A stretch of 64,000 bases of DNA from contig CAVWXQ010000005.1 of the NCBI GenBank assembly GCA_963759005.1, positions 14,546 to 78,545 on the forward strand. Direction: 5' to 3'. A program made the position numbers and the translations under genes. Position 1 is the first letter of the stretch; every line of letters starts with the position of its first letter. This document shows positions 1 to 9,673 of this stretch, piece by piece. The notes beneath the pieces are model-generated. The model was not told where the DNA came from. It saw only the letters and a program-made list of their open reading frames with translations, and ran no database searches. This stretch comes from an uncultured Gammaproteobacteria bacterium (GTDB lineage Bacteria; Pseudomonadota; Gammaproteobacteria; SZUA-229).

Positions 1-608
1 AAGGTGGGATCCACCGTTGTTGAATCAGACAATGTTGCCGTGGCTGCCTGCGGTTTCGAGATGAATGACCAGCTGTACGTCAGCCCATCGCCGTTACCAT
101 CGGATGAGCCACTGCCATCCAGGGTCACGGTGTCATCGACCAGCGGGGTCTGGTCTGGCCCCGCGTTGGCAATGGGGGATGAGTTGGGCACAAAATCAAC
201 AGAAGTTATTGCAGTGCCGGTTAAAGCGCTGGTTGTAGCGCCTATAGCGCCTGATATTGCTACTGGCGTAACTTCAAAGATAATGGATTGACCAATATCT
301 TCTGCAACCAGGATATAGTCCGATGTCGTTGCGCCGCCAATGACTGCGCCATTTCGCAACCAGCGGTAGATAGATTCGTCTTCAGCATCGTCTTCCGCAT
401 CGGCATAGATGTAATTGCCGATTAGGCGGTCATTAACCACAGCATCGCCACCATTTGCATCGGCAATATTGACACTGCTGGCCGTCGGTGCTTCGTTTAT
501 TGGTAAAGCCAGCTCATCGACACCACCACAGGCTACGAGAGCGAGAAGACCAGGTAAAACAAGACTAAAACGAAAGCTATTTATTGTGGTGAAATAAGGC
601 ACTAACAC
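1..608 (-). CDS. PKD/Ig-like domain lipoprotein; start is in the window (GTG/TTG candidates at 602, 608 or 614 with GGGAG SD), C-terminus runs off the window start
   Basis: The minus-strand frame is open from about 614 to position 1. The N-terminus ...FRFSLVLPGLLALVACGG has a lipobox (LVAC). Downstream is a PKD-like motif DDTVTLDGSGSSDGNGDGLTYSW. It is absent from the ORF track because no stop lies in the window. Confidence 0.5.
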   Translation of the reverse strand, partial: MLVPYFTTINSFRFSLVLPGLLALVACGGVDELALPINEAPTASSVNIADANGGDAVVNDRLIGNYIYADAEDDAEDESIYRWLRNGAVIGGATTSDYILVAEDIGQSIIFEVTPVAISGAIGATTSALTGTAITSVDFVPNSSPIANAGPDQTPLVDDTVTLDGSGSSDGNGDGLTYSWSFISKPQAATATLSDSTTVDPT

Positions 609-777
609 TCCCAAGTGTAGGTAGGCATATAAGCAAAGGCGAATATTAACCGCTTTTTACCTCATGCGCCAGTTTTTTGGCGATGTCTAAATTTCGACAA
701 GTCAGTTTAGTATTCTGTTTTTCATTGTTAGAGATTTCAATATACGATCAAGCTGATTGCCAAATCAGGCAACGGTT

Positions 778-1506
778 TTAAATCTGGTTTCCAGCTTCGA
801 GTGATCGACTGATATAAAGACGTTGCAGAGGGTCCTGCCGATAGAACAGGCGTAATTGCTGATAAATGCCAGCGTGGTATTGATGTAGCTGTTCAGGTGC
901 TGCAAAAAAATCTTCACTGACAACGGCAAAAAATTCAGCTGGATTTTCTGCCGCATAAGGATCAATCTCGGTTCGCTGATGGTGTTCAATTTGCTCTCGT
1001 AACTGCTTGAAAGTATCAGTGAAAGAGTCTATCCAGGTGTCTAAAACCATGTCCGGGTGCAACGGCGGTGTACCATCAGCCGCGCCATCGAGCATATCCA
1101 GCTTATGTGCAAATTCATGCAGAATGACAGTAGAACCTGTTCCATTTGAATGTTTATTCGGTTGTGCATCTTTCCATGACAGGATTAATGGCCCCCTGCT
1201 CCAGGCTTCACCACCAAGCACAGAACGCTGTTTGTGGACCACTCCAATTTCATCGCGTACTTCACGGCTAACGATAAACGCATCCGGATAAACAATAACT
1301 TCAACCCAGCCGTCATAATAATCAAGATCCAGATTAAGAATCAGTACACACGCCTGAGCTGCAATCACTGCCGACATGTAATCATCAACGTCCAGTCCAC
1401 CGGCACCAGTAATTGTTTTACGAATCAGAAACAGACTGGCCAGTTCCCGTAGCTGATGAAGCTCGTGCTGATCAAGGTGAAAATCTGTCAGTGAATCATC
1501 AACCAC
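778..1506 (-). CDS. mtfA: MtfA-like zinc-dependent peptidase (M90 family)
   Basis: HEFAH zinc-binding motif (ILHEFAHKLD). Length and overall sequence resemble E. coli MtfA. Confidence 0.65.
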   Translation of the reverse strand: MVDDSLTDFHLDQHELHQLRELASLFLIRKTITGAGGLDVDDYMSAVIAAQACVLILNLDLDYYDGWVEVIVYPDAFIVSREVRDEIGVVHKQRSVLGGEAWSRGPLILSWKDAQPNKHSNGTGSTVILHEFAHKLDMLDGAADGTPPLHPDMVLDTWIDSFTDTFKQLREQIEHHQRTEIDPYAAENPAEFFAVVSEDFFAAPEQLHQYHAGIYQQLRLFYRQDPLQRLYISRSLEAGNQI

Positions 1507-1793
1507 CCTCTGCCACAGCGTTGCAGGGATTCGAGCACAGACGTAACTGTCTTTGCTCTCGCCATCGAAAAAAACGATTTAACAACATTTGTAAATGCTC
1601 ATGATTTTTACTTCATTATGATTTCGTTTGATGTAGTTTAACCGCGTAATAACAAAAAGCTAAAATAACTATCTCATCGCAATATGTTATTAATTCTCAT
1701 CAAATTCCACAAAACAATAAAACTACAGTAAACACACCAACAAAATTCCCCTTGACATAATCAGACAGTTGCATTACTTTGATACCAGTCATT

Positions 1794-1807
1794 TAGACAA
1801 CTGTCTA
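1794..1807. promoter_or_regulatory. Palindrome TAGACAacTGTCTA just upstream of nemA (NemR-type TetR operator-like); possible -35 TTGACA at 1752-1757
   Basis: A 6+6 inverted repeat sits 30 bp upstream of the nemA ATG. A further IR partner is at 1771-1780. It resembles E. coli NemR boxes (TAGACC..GGTCTA), but no nemR gene is present in the window. Confidence 0.3.
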
Positions 1808-1836
1808 TACATAAAATAATAAGCAAGGAGAACACA

Positions 1837-2931
1837 ATGAGTGCAGATATCCTGTTCACACCAGTAACTCTCGGCAAGCTAACCCTGAAAAATCGCATGG
1901 TCATGGCCCCAATGACAAGAAACCGTGCTGCTGAAGGCAACATTCCACAGGCCATGAATGCAGAATACTACCGTCAGCGCGCCAGTGCAGGCCTCATTAT
2001 CACCGAAGCAACACAAGTCTCTCCAGAAGGCGTGGGCTACCCCGGCACGCCGGGTATACACAGTGAAGCACAGGTTACCGGCTGGCATAAAGTGACAGAT
2101 GCAGTACATGAGGAAGGCGGTCATATCTATCTACAGCTATGGTACTGCGGTCGTATCTCGCACCCTGATTTGTTACCCGATAAACAGACACCTGTCGCTC
2201 CTTCAGCAATAAAACCAGAGGGTGAAGCCATTACCTTTGAAGGCATGAAAGCCTTTGTCGAACCGCGCGCATTAGAAACAAACGAAATTCAGGACATCGT
2301 AGCGCAATATAAAAATGCGGCCTTAATGGCAAAACAGGCTGGTTTTGACGGCGTAGAAATCCACGCGGCAAACGGTTACTTACTTGATCAGTTCCTGCGT
2401 GATGGCTCCAATCAACGAACTGATGAATACGGTGGTAATGAAGAAAACCGCATGCGTTTTTTAAATCAGGTAATCGACGCTGTCCTGGAAGTTTGGGACA
2501 GTAACAGTGTTGGCATACGCCTGACCCCGGAAAACAGCTTTAACTCCATGTCCGACTCAAACCCGCAAGCACATTTTAACTACTTCATTACACAACTTAA
2601 TAGACGCAATCTTGCCTATTTACACATACTCGAAGGTGACATGATGGGTGCAGAACGAAACGTTGATTATCGCGCTCTACGTGATGTCTATAAAGGCATT
2701 TACATGGCCAATAATGGTTATGATAAAGACCGTGCGCAAACAGCAATAACAAATGGCGATTGTGACCTGGTCGCTTTTGGCGTTCCATTTCTGGCAAACC
2801 CGGATCTTGTATATCGCTATAAAAACAACCTGCAACTAAACGTAGCCGACCAGAATACTTTTTATGGTGGTGATGAAACAGGTTATACCGACTACCCATA
2901 TGCAGAGCAGGAAATTACAGAAACAGGTTAG
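1837..2931 (+). CDS. nemA: N-ethylmaleimide reductase / Old Yellow Enzyme family FMN oxidoreductase
   Basis: Near-collinear with E. coli NemA (MAPMTRNRA, YYRQRASAGLIITEATQVS, HAANGYLLDQFL, C-terminal GYTDYP). RBS AAGGAG lies 7 nt upstream. Confidence 0.85.
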   Translation: MSADILFTPVTLGKLTLKNRMVMAPMTRNRAAEGNIPQAMNAEYYRQRASAGLIITEATQVSPEGVGYPGTPGIHSEAQVTGWHKVTDAVHEEGGHIYLQLWYCGRISHPDLLPDKQTPVAPSAIKPEGEAITFEGMKAFVEPRALETNEIQDIVAQYKNAALMAKQAGFDGVEIHAANGYLLDQFLRDGSNQRTDEYGGNEENRMRFLNQVIDAVLEVWDSNSVGIRLTPENSFNSMSDSNPQAHFNYFITQLNRRNLAYLHILEGDMMGAERNVDYRALRDVYKGIYMANNGYDKDRAQTAITNGDCDLVAFGVPFLANPDLVYRYKNNLQLNVADQNTFYGGDETGYTDYPYAEQEITETG

Positions 2932-3051
2932 TCAAGATAACTGTTTTCTTTATACAAAAAGGATGGCCGGGCTAATATCCGGTTTTTGTTGTTGCCCTGG
3001 CTGATAAATTTAGCTATTGAATTTTCCTGTAGATGAGGTCATGATAATGAT

Positions 3052-3789
3052 ATGTCTTCAAAATACATACTAGCCTGTTTTTTTTATGCACAGCTGTTTT
3101 TTTTATCAAGCGGGCTGGTTATTGCTGACGAATACACACTACAACGTCAACAAATGCTTAGCAGCATAGAAGATGATGTAAAAATAACGGCAAAATACAT
3201 CAACAAAAAATCATTTGATAAGCTTGTTTTACAGGCCATGAATACGGTACCCCGGCATGAGTTTGTGCCAGCAAACATGCGCTCCGTAGCATATGAAAAC
3301 CGGCCTTTACCCATCGGTTTTGGTCAAACCATCTCACAACCGTATATCGTCGCCCTGATGACGGATTTATTACAGCCTCAACCAGATCAACGTGTTCTCG
3401 AAATCGGCACCGGCTCAGGTTACCAGGCGGCGGTACTTTCGCAACTGGTAGCAGACGTTTATAGTATCGAGATTATTGAAGAGCTGGGTAAATCTTCAAC
3501 GCAGCTGCTAACCCGACTTGGTTATGACAATATCGAAACGCGCATTGCTGACGGATATGATGGCTGGCCGCAACATGCCCCCTTTGACAGTATTATCGTG
3601 ACCGCAGCCATCAGCCATATCCCACCACCACTGGTTAAACAGTTAAAAAATGGCGGACGCATGGTGATTCCTGTGGGCACACGGTTTCAGACACAGTACC
3701 TGACGCTGGTCGAAAAAGACAAACAGGGTAAAGTCACAACCCAACAGTTACTGCCAGTCATTTTTGTACCGTTTACTGGCGCGCACTAA
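3052..3789 (+). CDS. Protein-L-isoaspartate O-methyltransferase homolog with N-terminal signal peptide/TM (predicted exported)
   Basis: The core is collinear with E. coli Pcm (GQTISQPY, LEIGTGSGYQAAVL, DGWP..APFDSIIVTAA). An additional approx. 25-residue hydrophobic N-terminus (ILACFFYAQLFFLSSGLVIA) is present. Confidence 0.75.
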   Translation: MSSKYILACFFYAQLFFLSSGLVIADEYTLQRQQMLSSIEDDVKITAKYINKKSFDKLVLQAMNTVPRHEFVPANMRSVAYENRPLPIGFGQTISQPYIVALMTDLLQPQPDQRVLEIGTGSGYQAAVLSQLVADVYSIEIIEELGKSSTQLLTRLGYDNIETRIADGYDGWPQHAPFDSIIVTAAISHIPPPLVKQLKNGGRMVIPVGTRFQTQYLTLVEKDKQGKVTTQQLLPVIFVPFTGAH

Positions 3790-3795
3790 CTGTTA

Positions 3796-6273
3796 GTGGC
3801 TTCAATAACTGATAAGCAGACAGCAACTCCACCGTTGTTGTCTATTTTTATCCTGTCTGCCTCTGCCCTGGCGTATGAAGTTCTACTGATAAGACTGTTT
3901 TCGGTTATTCACTGGCACCATTTCGCATTTATGGTGATCAGTATTGCTTTGCTCGGTTATGGTGTGAGCGGCAGTTTAGTTACCGTGTTTCGACGTTGGC
4001 TGCTGGATAACTATGACTTTGTATTTATCGCCAACATCCTGTTATTTGGACTTTCATCGATCGCCTGTTTCATTGTTGTGCAGCAATTGCCTTTCAATAC
4101 ACTGGAAATACTGTGGGACAGCGCGCAGTGGCAACGCCTGTTATTGAGCTATTTACTGCTGACACTGCCTTTTTTCTTTGTTGCTAATGCAATTGCACTC
4201 ACCATCATGCGCTTTCATCAGAAAATCCCACTGGTGTATGGCATTGATCTCATCGGTGCCGGTATCGGCGCGGTGTTAATCATGGCACTGCTGCAGGTAT
4301 TTTCAGCTGATGCCATGTTGCGTCTTTTAGCTATCAGCGGCATATCAGCAGGCTTTTTTGCCCTGTCTAACCTCAGCAACAGAGAAAAACAAATAACCAT
4401 TTCGGTACTTTTATTATGTTTACTTAGTGTTTTTTGGACACCACAGAAATGGCTTGATCTGCGCCTATCAGAATACAAGGGACTAACACAAACACTTTTG
4501 ATAAAAGGTGCTTCTTTGCGCCTGTCGCACACATCCCCTGTTTCTCAGACTGATGTTGTGCAAAGTCCGTTCATTCCATTTCGCAACGCTCCCGGTTTGA
4601 GTTTACAGAGCCCCGCGGCGCCACCAGAGCAGCTCGCTGTTTTCAGAGATGGTGATGAAATGACAACCATCGATCATGCCTCGGATAAAGGTTCAGGGGA
4701 CATAAGTTCACTTGACTATTTTGACTACATGAGTTCAGCCCTGCCTTATCACGTACACGGTTCGCCGCAAAGTGCACTGATTCTTGCCTCAGCCACCGGC
4801 GCACAGATATTGCAGTCGCATTATTATAAAATACCTCGAATTGATGCGGTCGAGCCAGATAAGCAGCTCAATTTATTGATTACTGATCAGTATGCGGATT
4901 ATTACGGCTGGCAGAAGCTGAAACACAAAGTAACCATTCACAACATATCAGTACGCGGATTTGCAGCCTCAGAAAAAAAATATGATATTGCCGTTTTGGG
5001 TCCGTCTGGCGCATCATCCGGTGGTTCGGCAGGCGTATATGCACTGTCAGCATCTTACGATTATACCGTTGAAGCTTTGCAGTCCTATCTGAAGCTGCTC
5101 GCTCCTGACGGACTATTAAGTTTAACCTTATGGACCAGCACACCTGCACGCGAAAACCTGAAGCTATTTGCAACTGCCGTTACTGCAATGAAGAATACCG
5201 GGATTAAACATCCTGAAAACAACATCGCGTGGATTCGAAGCTGGAATACCGCCACGCTGTTACTCAAGAACAGTGCGTTGACCGCTGAAGAAATAAACAA
5301 GGTGCGTGACTTCAGTTTATCGCGCAGCTTTGATCTGGCCTGGCTTCCCGGAATCAGCCCGTTCGAAGTTAACAAATACCAGTTATTGCAGGAACCTGTT
5401 TTTTATCTTGCTGCCCGATCTTTATTGAGCCAGTCCTTACTGAAAAACGACAAAAGCAATTTCATTCATGAATATAAATACGACATTCAGCCCGCTACAG
5501 ACGACAGACCTTATTTCAATAATTTTTTCAAATGGTCAAGCATGAAAGAGTTCCTGACCTTGCCCGGGCAGGCTGGCATATCGATGATAGGTGTTGGTTA
5601 TCCAACCTTACTGGTAACCCTGATACAGGCTTCTGTTGCTGCATTTATTCTAATATTGCTGCCTTTGTTTTTTGTGCAAACAGATATAAAGAAAACCGCA
5701 AACACGCGACGAAATATTATCTTTTACTTTCTGGCAATCGGGCTGGCATTTCTTTTTATTGAAATCGCCTTTATCCAGAAGTTTACCCTGATACTCAGCC
5801 AGCCACTGTATGCTGTTGCCGTGGCAATATGTGCCTTCCTTATTTTTTCAGGTCTCGGTAGCCTATATGTCCAGCACCGCATGAAAGCTTCATCAAGCTC
5901 CATCATAGCGGTTTTATTGCGCCGCTCAGTTATCATGATCGGGCTGATAATTATTATTTATATTGTATTATTACCGTTGATCAGCAACACGATTATGGCT
6001 ATGCCAGAAACAGCGCGAATTATTTCAGCTTTCGCTCTTGCTGCACCGCTTGCATTCTTTATGGGCATGCCTTTCTCGCTGGGCATGGCCACACTGCAAC
6101 AAACCAGTCCAGGCCTCATCCCCTGGGCCTGGGGTATCAACGGCTGCGCCTCGGTACTGAGTGCAGTACTGGCTGTGATACTGGCAATAGAGATAGGTTT
6201 TAATGGTGTCATGTTATGTGCAGTTGTACTGTATCTCATCGCATGGAGAAGCGCCTACAAACTTTATTCCTGA
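3796..6273 (+). CDS. Polytopic membrane protein with central spermidine-synthase-like (PABS/AdoMet-fold) domain
   Basis: It starts 7 nt after the Pcm-like gene. About 7 N-terminal TM helices are followed by LILASATGAQIL...VEPD...LLAPDGLLSL (aminopropyltransferase-like), then about 6 C-terminal TM helices. Confidence 0.6.
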   Translation: MASITDKQTATPPLLSIFILSASALAYEVLLIRLFSVIHWHHFAFMVISIALLGYGVSGSLVTVFRRWLLDNYDFVFIANILLFGLSSIACFIVVQQLPFNTLEILWDSAQWQRLLLSYLLLTLPFFFVANAIALTIMRFHQKIPLVYGIDLIGAGIGAVLIMALLQVFSADAMLRLLAISGISAGFFALSNLSNREKQITISVLLLCLLSVFWTPQKWLDLRLSEYKGLTQTLLIKGASLRLSHTSPVSQTDVVQSPFIPFRNAPGLSLQSPAAPPEQLAVFRDGDEMTTIDHASDKGSGDISSLDYFDYMSSALPYHVHGSPQSALILASATGAQILQSHYYKIPRIDAVEPDKQLNLLITDQYADYYGWQKLKHKVTIHNISVRGFAASEKKYDIAVLGPSGASSGGSAGVYALSASYDYTVEALQSYLKLLAPDGLLSLTLWTSTPARENLKLFATAVTAMKNTGIKHPENNIAWIRSWNTATLLLKNSALTAEEINKVRDFSLSRSFDLAWLPGISPFEVNKYQLLQEPVFYLAARSLLSQSLLKNDKSNFIHEYKYDIQPATDDRPYFNNFFKWSSMKEFLTLPGQAGISMIGVGYPTLLVTLIQASVAAFILILLPLFFVQTDIKKTANTRRNIIFYFLAIGLAFLFIEIAFIQKFTLILSQPLYAVAVAICAFLIFSGLGSLYVQHRMKASSSSIIAVLLRRSVIMIGLIIIIYIVLLPLISNTIMAMPETARIISAFALAAPLAFFMGMPFSLGMATLQQTSPGLIPWAWGINGCASVLSAVLAVILAIEIGFNGVMLCAVVLYLIAWRSAYKLYS

Positions 6274-6614
6274 GGAAAATACGCAGTTTGCGTAGCAACA
6301 TTTGAGTGATCATCAAATACTTTATATTCATAGCCGCAAATTCGAATCGCATCGCCATGTTTAATTTGTTTTTCTTTCACACAAAGATTATTCACATAGG
6401 TACCATTGGTACTGCCCAGATCCCTGATAGTGATATCTAACTGTTCAGCTAGATAACGATTGGGCACAAGCTTAAGCACCGCATGTTCACCGCTCACATC
6501 ACCACCGTCCAGCTGTAAACTGTTGCCATGGTTACGACCAATGCTGAACTCCCCTTCCGTCATATCAATTTCAGAAACGACAGCACCATTAACAATATGT
6601 TTTAGTTTAATCAA
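6264..6614 (-). CDS. Stand-alone FHA-domain protein
   Basis: GR..N.L.L....VS..HA.L and STNGTYVN motifs are typical of FHA domains. Confidence 0.7.
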   Translation of the reverse strand: MIKLKHIVNGAVVSEIDMTEGEFSIGRNHGNSLQLDGGDVSGEHAVLKLVPNRYLAEQLDITIRDLGSTNGTYVNNLCVKEKQIKHGDAIRICGYEYKVFDDHSNVATQTAYFPQE

Positions 6615-6858
6615 AATTCACTCCCAACATGTGTCTAAAAATATGACTTACTCTTCGTTATAAAAATAAAAAAACTATTGATTAACCATAGCCTAAATAA
6701 TAATAAAAAAGTGATAGCGACATCAGAATAGCTTTTTATAACCATTCTAATATGCTCATTTTTTGAAAATAATCATATCATCTACAAAAAATTGGGAGTA
6801 AAATGTCGATGCTGGCAGATTAAGTTCAGCAATAAATGTGAAGAAAAAGGAGATGTGT

Positions 6859-6966
6859 ATGGACAGAAACAAACCTGTGGAAGAGGAAACGAGGAGACTT
6901 ACATTCGCCGTTATTTTTATGTCGATATTTGTACTCGTATTATTTGGCCTGGCGCCAATAGTGTGA
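6859..6966 (+). CDS. 35-aa small single-TM protein (MDRNKPVEEETRRLTFAVIFMSIFVLVLFGLAPIV); paralog of 27741..27860
   Basis: SD AGGAG lies 8 nt upstream of the ATG. A charged N-terminus is followed by one TM helix. An intrinsic terminator follows immediately. It is below the ORF-track cutoff. Confidence 0.55.
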   Translation: MDRNKPVEEETRRLTFAVIFMSIFVLVLFGLAPIV

Positions 6967-7011
6967 ACAATGGCGATTCTATCTAGAGATGTGCCATTAG
7001 TTTAATGAAAT

Positions 7012-7048
7012 AATACGGCGACTATTCAGGTCGCCGTATTATTTTTTG
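7012..7048 (+). terminator. Rho-independent terminator (AATACGGCGAC-tattcag-GTCGCCGTATT + T7)
   Basis: A perfect 11-bp stem is followed by a T-run. It is 45 nt after the small ORF stop. Confidence 0.7.
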
Positions 7049-7091
7049 CCTTAACTTGTCATCCTGTGTATAGCCGACTGTTACAACTACT

Positions 7092-7937
7092 TTAATCGCC
7101 TTCCCAGCCGATCTGCACAGTAAACCCCGCTGCTTTTTTATGACCACCACCACCATATATTTTTGCCACTTCAGCAACATCAATACCATTTTCAGCTGAA
7201 CGCAAACTAAATGATCGGCCATCGGGGTGGTCCCAGTAACAGGCCGCAAAGGCTTCGCCAATAGACATAATATGGCCGGCATCAGATACGTAGGCTGATG
7301 ATGCATTGAGTACCGGTACATCATAACCAGCAATGACCATTCGCCTTACGCCGGATGCAATTAATTCTTTAATATCTTTTTGTAGTTTGCGCTCTATCGC
7401 TTCTCCATCTCGTTTTAATGCTTTCAGTTCATCCTTGTTACTGGCCATGAGTTTATCCCACACCTTGAAATCAAATGGGTAGGATGAAAGCGCAGCATTA
7501 ATCTCCCTGGTTCCATCAAGCTTAAACAACCATAAGTCGCGATCCTGAATATGTTTAATGAGTACTGGTGGCGGCTGATCAGGATTAAACCATTGCCATG
7601 CCAGCATAGCGCCGGACTTGTTCATATCAAACAGACCTTTTATTTTTCCGACTTTCAATAATTCAGATAAGTCCTCTTCAGCTGATATATGGTGATCAAG
7701 TATAGTGACGCTGGCGGCTGTTTTTAGCATATCTTCCAGCACCTTTTTTTTATAAGAGAAGTCGACCAGAAAAACATCCCGATCATTCACATCCGGAGGC
7801 GGCTGCTGGTGAACACCTTTATAGAATTGAATGTTTTCGCCTAATGCATTACGAACAGCCCAGGCAGCAGCATAACCATCAAGGCAATTACCGTGGTAGA
7901 TACATAACTTTTTTAGTTTGCTCATGTTAGTTAACAA
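7092..7937 (-). CDS. DHH/DHHA1 family phosphoesterase (NrnA-like)
   Basis: DHH motif ILDHH, N-terminal HGNCLDG, and C-terminal DHHA1 motif GGGGHKKAAGF. It is the last gene of a four-gene minus-strand operon. Confidence 0.7.
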   Translation of the reverse strand: MLTNMSKLKKLCIYHGNCLDGYAAAWAVRNALGENIQFYKGVHQQPPPDVNDRDVFLVDFSYKKKVLEDMLKTAASVTILDHHISAEEDLSELLKVGKIKGLFDMNKSGAMLAWQWFNPDQPPPVLIKHIQDRDLWLFKLDGTREINAALSSYPFDFKVWDKLMASNKDELKALKRDGEAIERKLQKDIKELIASGVRRMVIAGYDVPVLNASSAYVSDAGHIMSIGEAFAACYWDHPDGRSFSLRSAENGIDVAEVAKIYGGGGHKKAAGFTVQIGWEGD

Positions 7938-8412
7938 AACGAAAAGAGAAACTGGCCTTTATCAGTTTCATAGAAAGCCAGATAAAAATTAATGGGAAAA
8001 GAATGGTTTGCATGGTGAAGACAACAATCAGGTTTATTATATGGTTAGTTAAATCCTCTGCTTCTACTTTTAACTGTTCTACCTGTTTATCAACATTTAT
8101 AGAATCAATCGCTGAATCAATACTGCTACTCATCATTTCCAGCCAGGACATATCTTTGTTATCTATTTCCTGGTTATCTTTACTGATGTTGGCAATCGTA
8201 GTATTTGATTTATCCAACTGTTGTTTTGATTCGATATAGGTTGCTTGCAGAAATGCTTTGTATAGTCCATCACTGGTAATCGCCATTATCGGGATAAAAA
8301 ACCGTAGTATGACTAGAAAAACGATAGCTCGATATAAAATATTTTTTAGACTGAGCGACGTTTTATGATATTTCCAGAGAAATAACACCATCAGGAATAG
8401 TGATACCGTCAC
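7927..8412 (-). CDS. Hypothetical membrane/coiled-coil protein (possibly the 3' part of a frameshifted gene together with 8363..8779)
   Basis: It has N- and C-terminal TM helices. It overlaps the upstream ORF by 50 nt in another frame and overlaps the DHH gene by 11 nt. Confidence 0.4.
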   Translation of the reverse strand: MTVSLFLMVLFLWKYHKTSLSLKNILYRAIVFLVILRFFIPIMAITSDGLYKAFLQATYIESKQQLDKSNTTIANISKDNQEIDNKDMSWLEMMSSSIDSAIDSINVDKQVEQLKVEAEDLTNHIINLIVVFTMQTILFPLIFIWLSMKLIKASFSFRFVN

Positions 8413-8779
8413 AACTAATTGAAAAATAAAATGAAGAAAATATTTTTAGTAAAATTGATTGAATGCCGAGAGATGTTGTACATAAAAGCATCACCCAGGA
8501 AAAACGTTCTATCAAATCATTCACCGGATCCAGAATTTGACCGGGCGTTAAAATTAAACCAATACCCGCTGGTTCGACAGCCACTTCGGTGCCCTGCACG
8601 ACAGAAATCGCACCATTGAGTGTTTTTGCAATAGCAAATGCAACAAGGGAGCGTTGAAAACCCTCCTCTGTGTACTTTTCGCCGTATGTATCAAATAGCT
8701 TTGATACAGAAATGAATGCTAATAAGAGTAAACAGACAGTAATAATAACTTTTGGATAATTATCTTTGATGAAACTCAT
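8363..8779 (-). CDS. Hypothetical membrane protein
   Basis: Two or three TM helices. It lies 36 nt downstream of the methyltransferase gene. Confidence 0.4.
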   Translation of the reverse strand: MSFIKDNYPKVIITVCLLLLAFISVSKLFDTYGEKYTEEGFQRSLVAFAIAKTLNGAISVVQGTEVAVEPAGIGLILTPGQILDPVNDLIERFSWVMLLCTTSLGIQSILLKIFSSFYFSISCDGITIPDGVISLEIS

Positions 8780-8814
8780 TTGATTTTCTCGCTAATTATT
8801 ATATGAATTTTAAA

Positions 8815-9522
8815 CTATGGACGCTGCAACAAATCCACTCGAATCGGCATTAAAAAGTGCGCACCATCATCACCAAGGTGTTTTTCAAATCGTTGTTTGA
8901 CCAGCTTATATAATTTTTCATCGAGCTTATGGCTGGAGTGTGTTGCTTTAATCGTGTTATTTTCAAATTCAGCAAAATTTTCAAATTTCATCGGCGAATT
9001 AAAAAAGGTTTGTTTAACCAGCTCAAACAAACCATCATGCACCGCTTTTTTTACCGTGTTGAAAGCCGCCTGACGAACTTTCTGTTCATCGTGGAATAAA
9101 CGCAGAATTTCATTAAAATCTCCGGCAAACACCGGCTCGGAGATATAAACCAGACCAGCAGGCTTCAACACCCGTCTGATTTCCAGCATTGACCGCCCCA
9201 TTAGTTCTAACGGTACATGGTGCAGAGATTTAAACATAAACACCACATCAACCGATTCATCTTCCAGCGGTATTTCCTGCGCACCAGATAGAGCAAAAAA
9301 CACATTGGGTAAATCCGTAATCTGCAGGTTTTTTTTATGGGCAATCTCGTCAACTTCTAATGCGGTAATCTTACGATTGATACCAGATGTCGCAATGTTG
9401 CGGGTGATTTCAGCGCTACCGCAGCCCAACTCCAAAATATGTTTGTTATCCAGCGATAACAGGTCATTGTATATATCGGATTCAGGACAGTTATTTTCAA
9501 TTTGTTCAGCTGCTATTTTCAT
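8815..9522 (-). CDS. Class I SAM-dependent methyltransferase
   Basis: Motif I ILELGCGSA and post-I motifs are present. The probable start is MKIAAEQ at 9522, with AAGGG 9 nt upstream. The ORF track extends to 9600. Confidence 0.7.
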   Translation of the reverse strand: MKIAAEQIENNCPESDIYNDLLSLDNKHILELGCGSAEITRNIATSGINRKITALEVDEIAHKKNLQITDLPNVFFALSGAQEIPLEDESVDVVFMFKSLHHVPLELMGRSMLEIRRVLKPAGLVYISEPVFAGDFNEILRLFHDEQKVRQAAFNTVKKAVHDGLFELVKQTFFNSPMKFENFAEFENNTIKATHSSHKLDEKLYKLVKQRFEKHLGDDGAHFLMPIRVDLLQRP

Positions 9523-9673
9523 TGATAAACCCTTTGTAGAAAACCCGGATACGAGAATAATTATTGCAACATGCTGGTGCAAATGATTTTCAGTTATCAC
9601 TATGCCATTTTATTTAGAGTTTACCTTACTGGTCCTGGATCAGGTCTTTCGATTGTTATTAATCTGCAGGCAA

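Noticed and set aside
4218-5375. Antisense ORFs overlapping long, well-supported genes (e.g. 4218..4532-, 4880..5375-, 20545..20763-, 21349..21965-, 29413..29739+, 33069..33344+, 35165..35744+, 58137..58322-)
   Set aside because: They are shadow ORFs opposite confidently identified genes (PABS-like membrane protein, CHASE2 kinase, tal, ybbP, ybbA, M1 peptidase). No independent evidence supports them.
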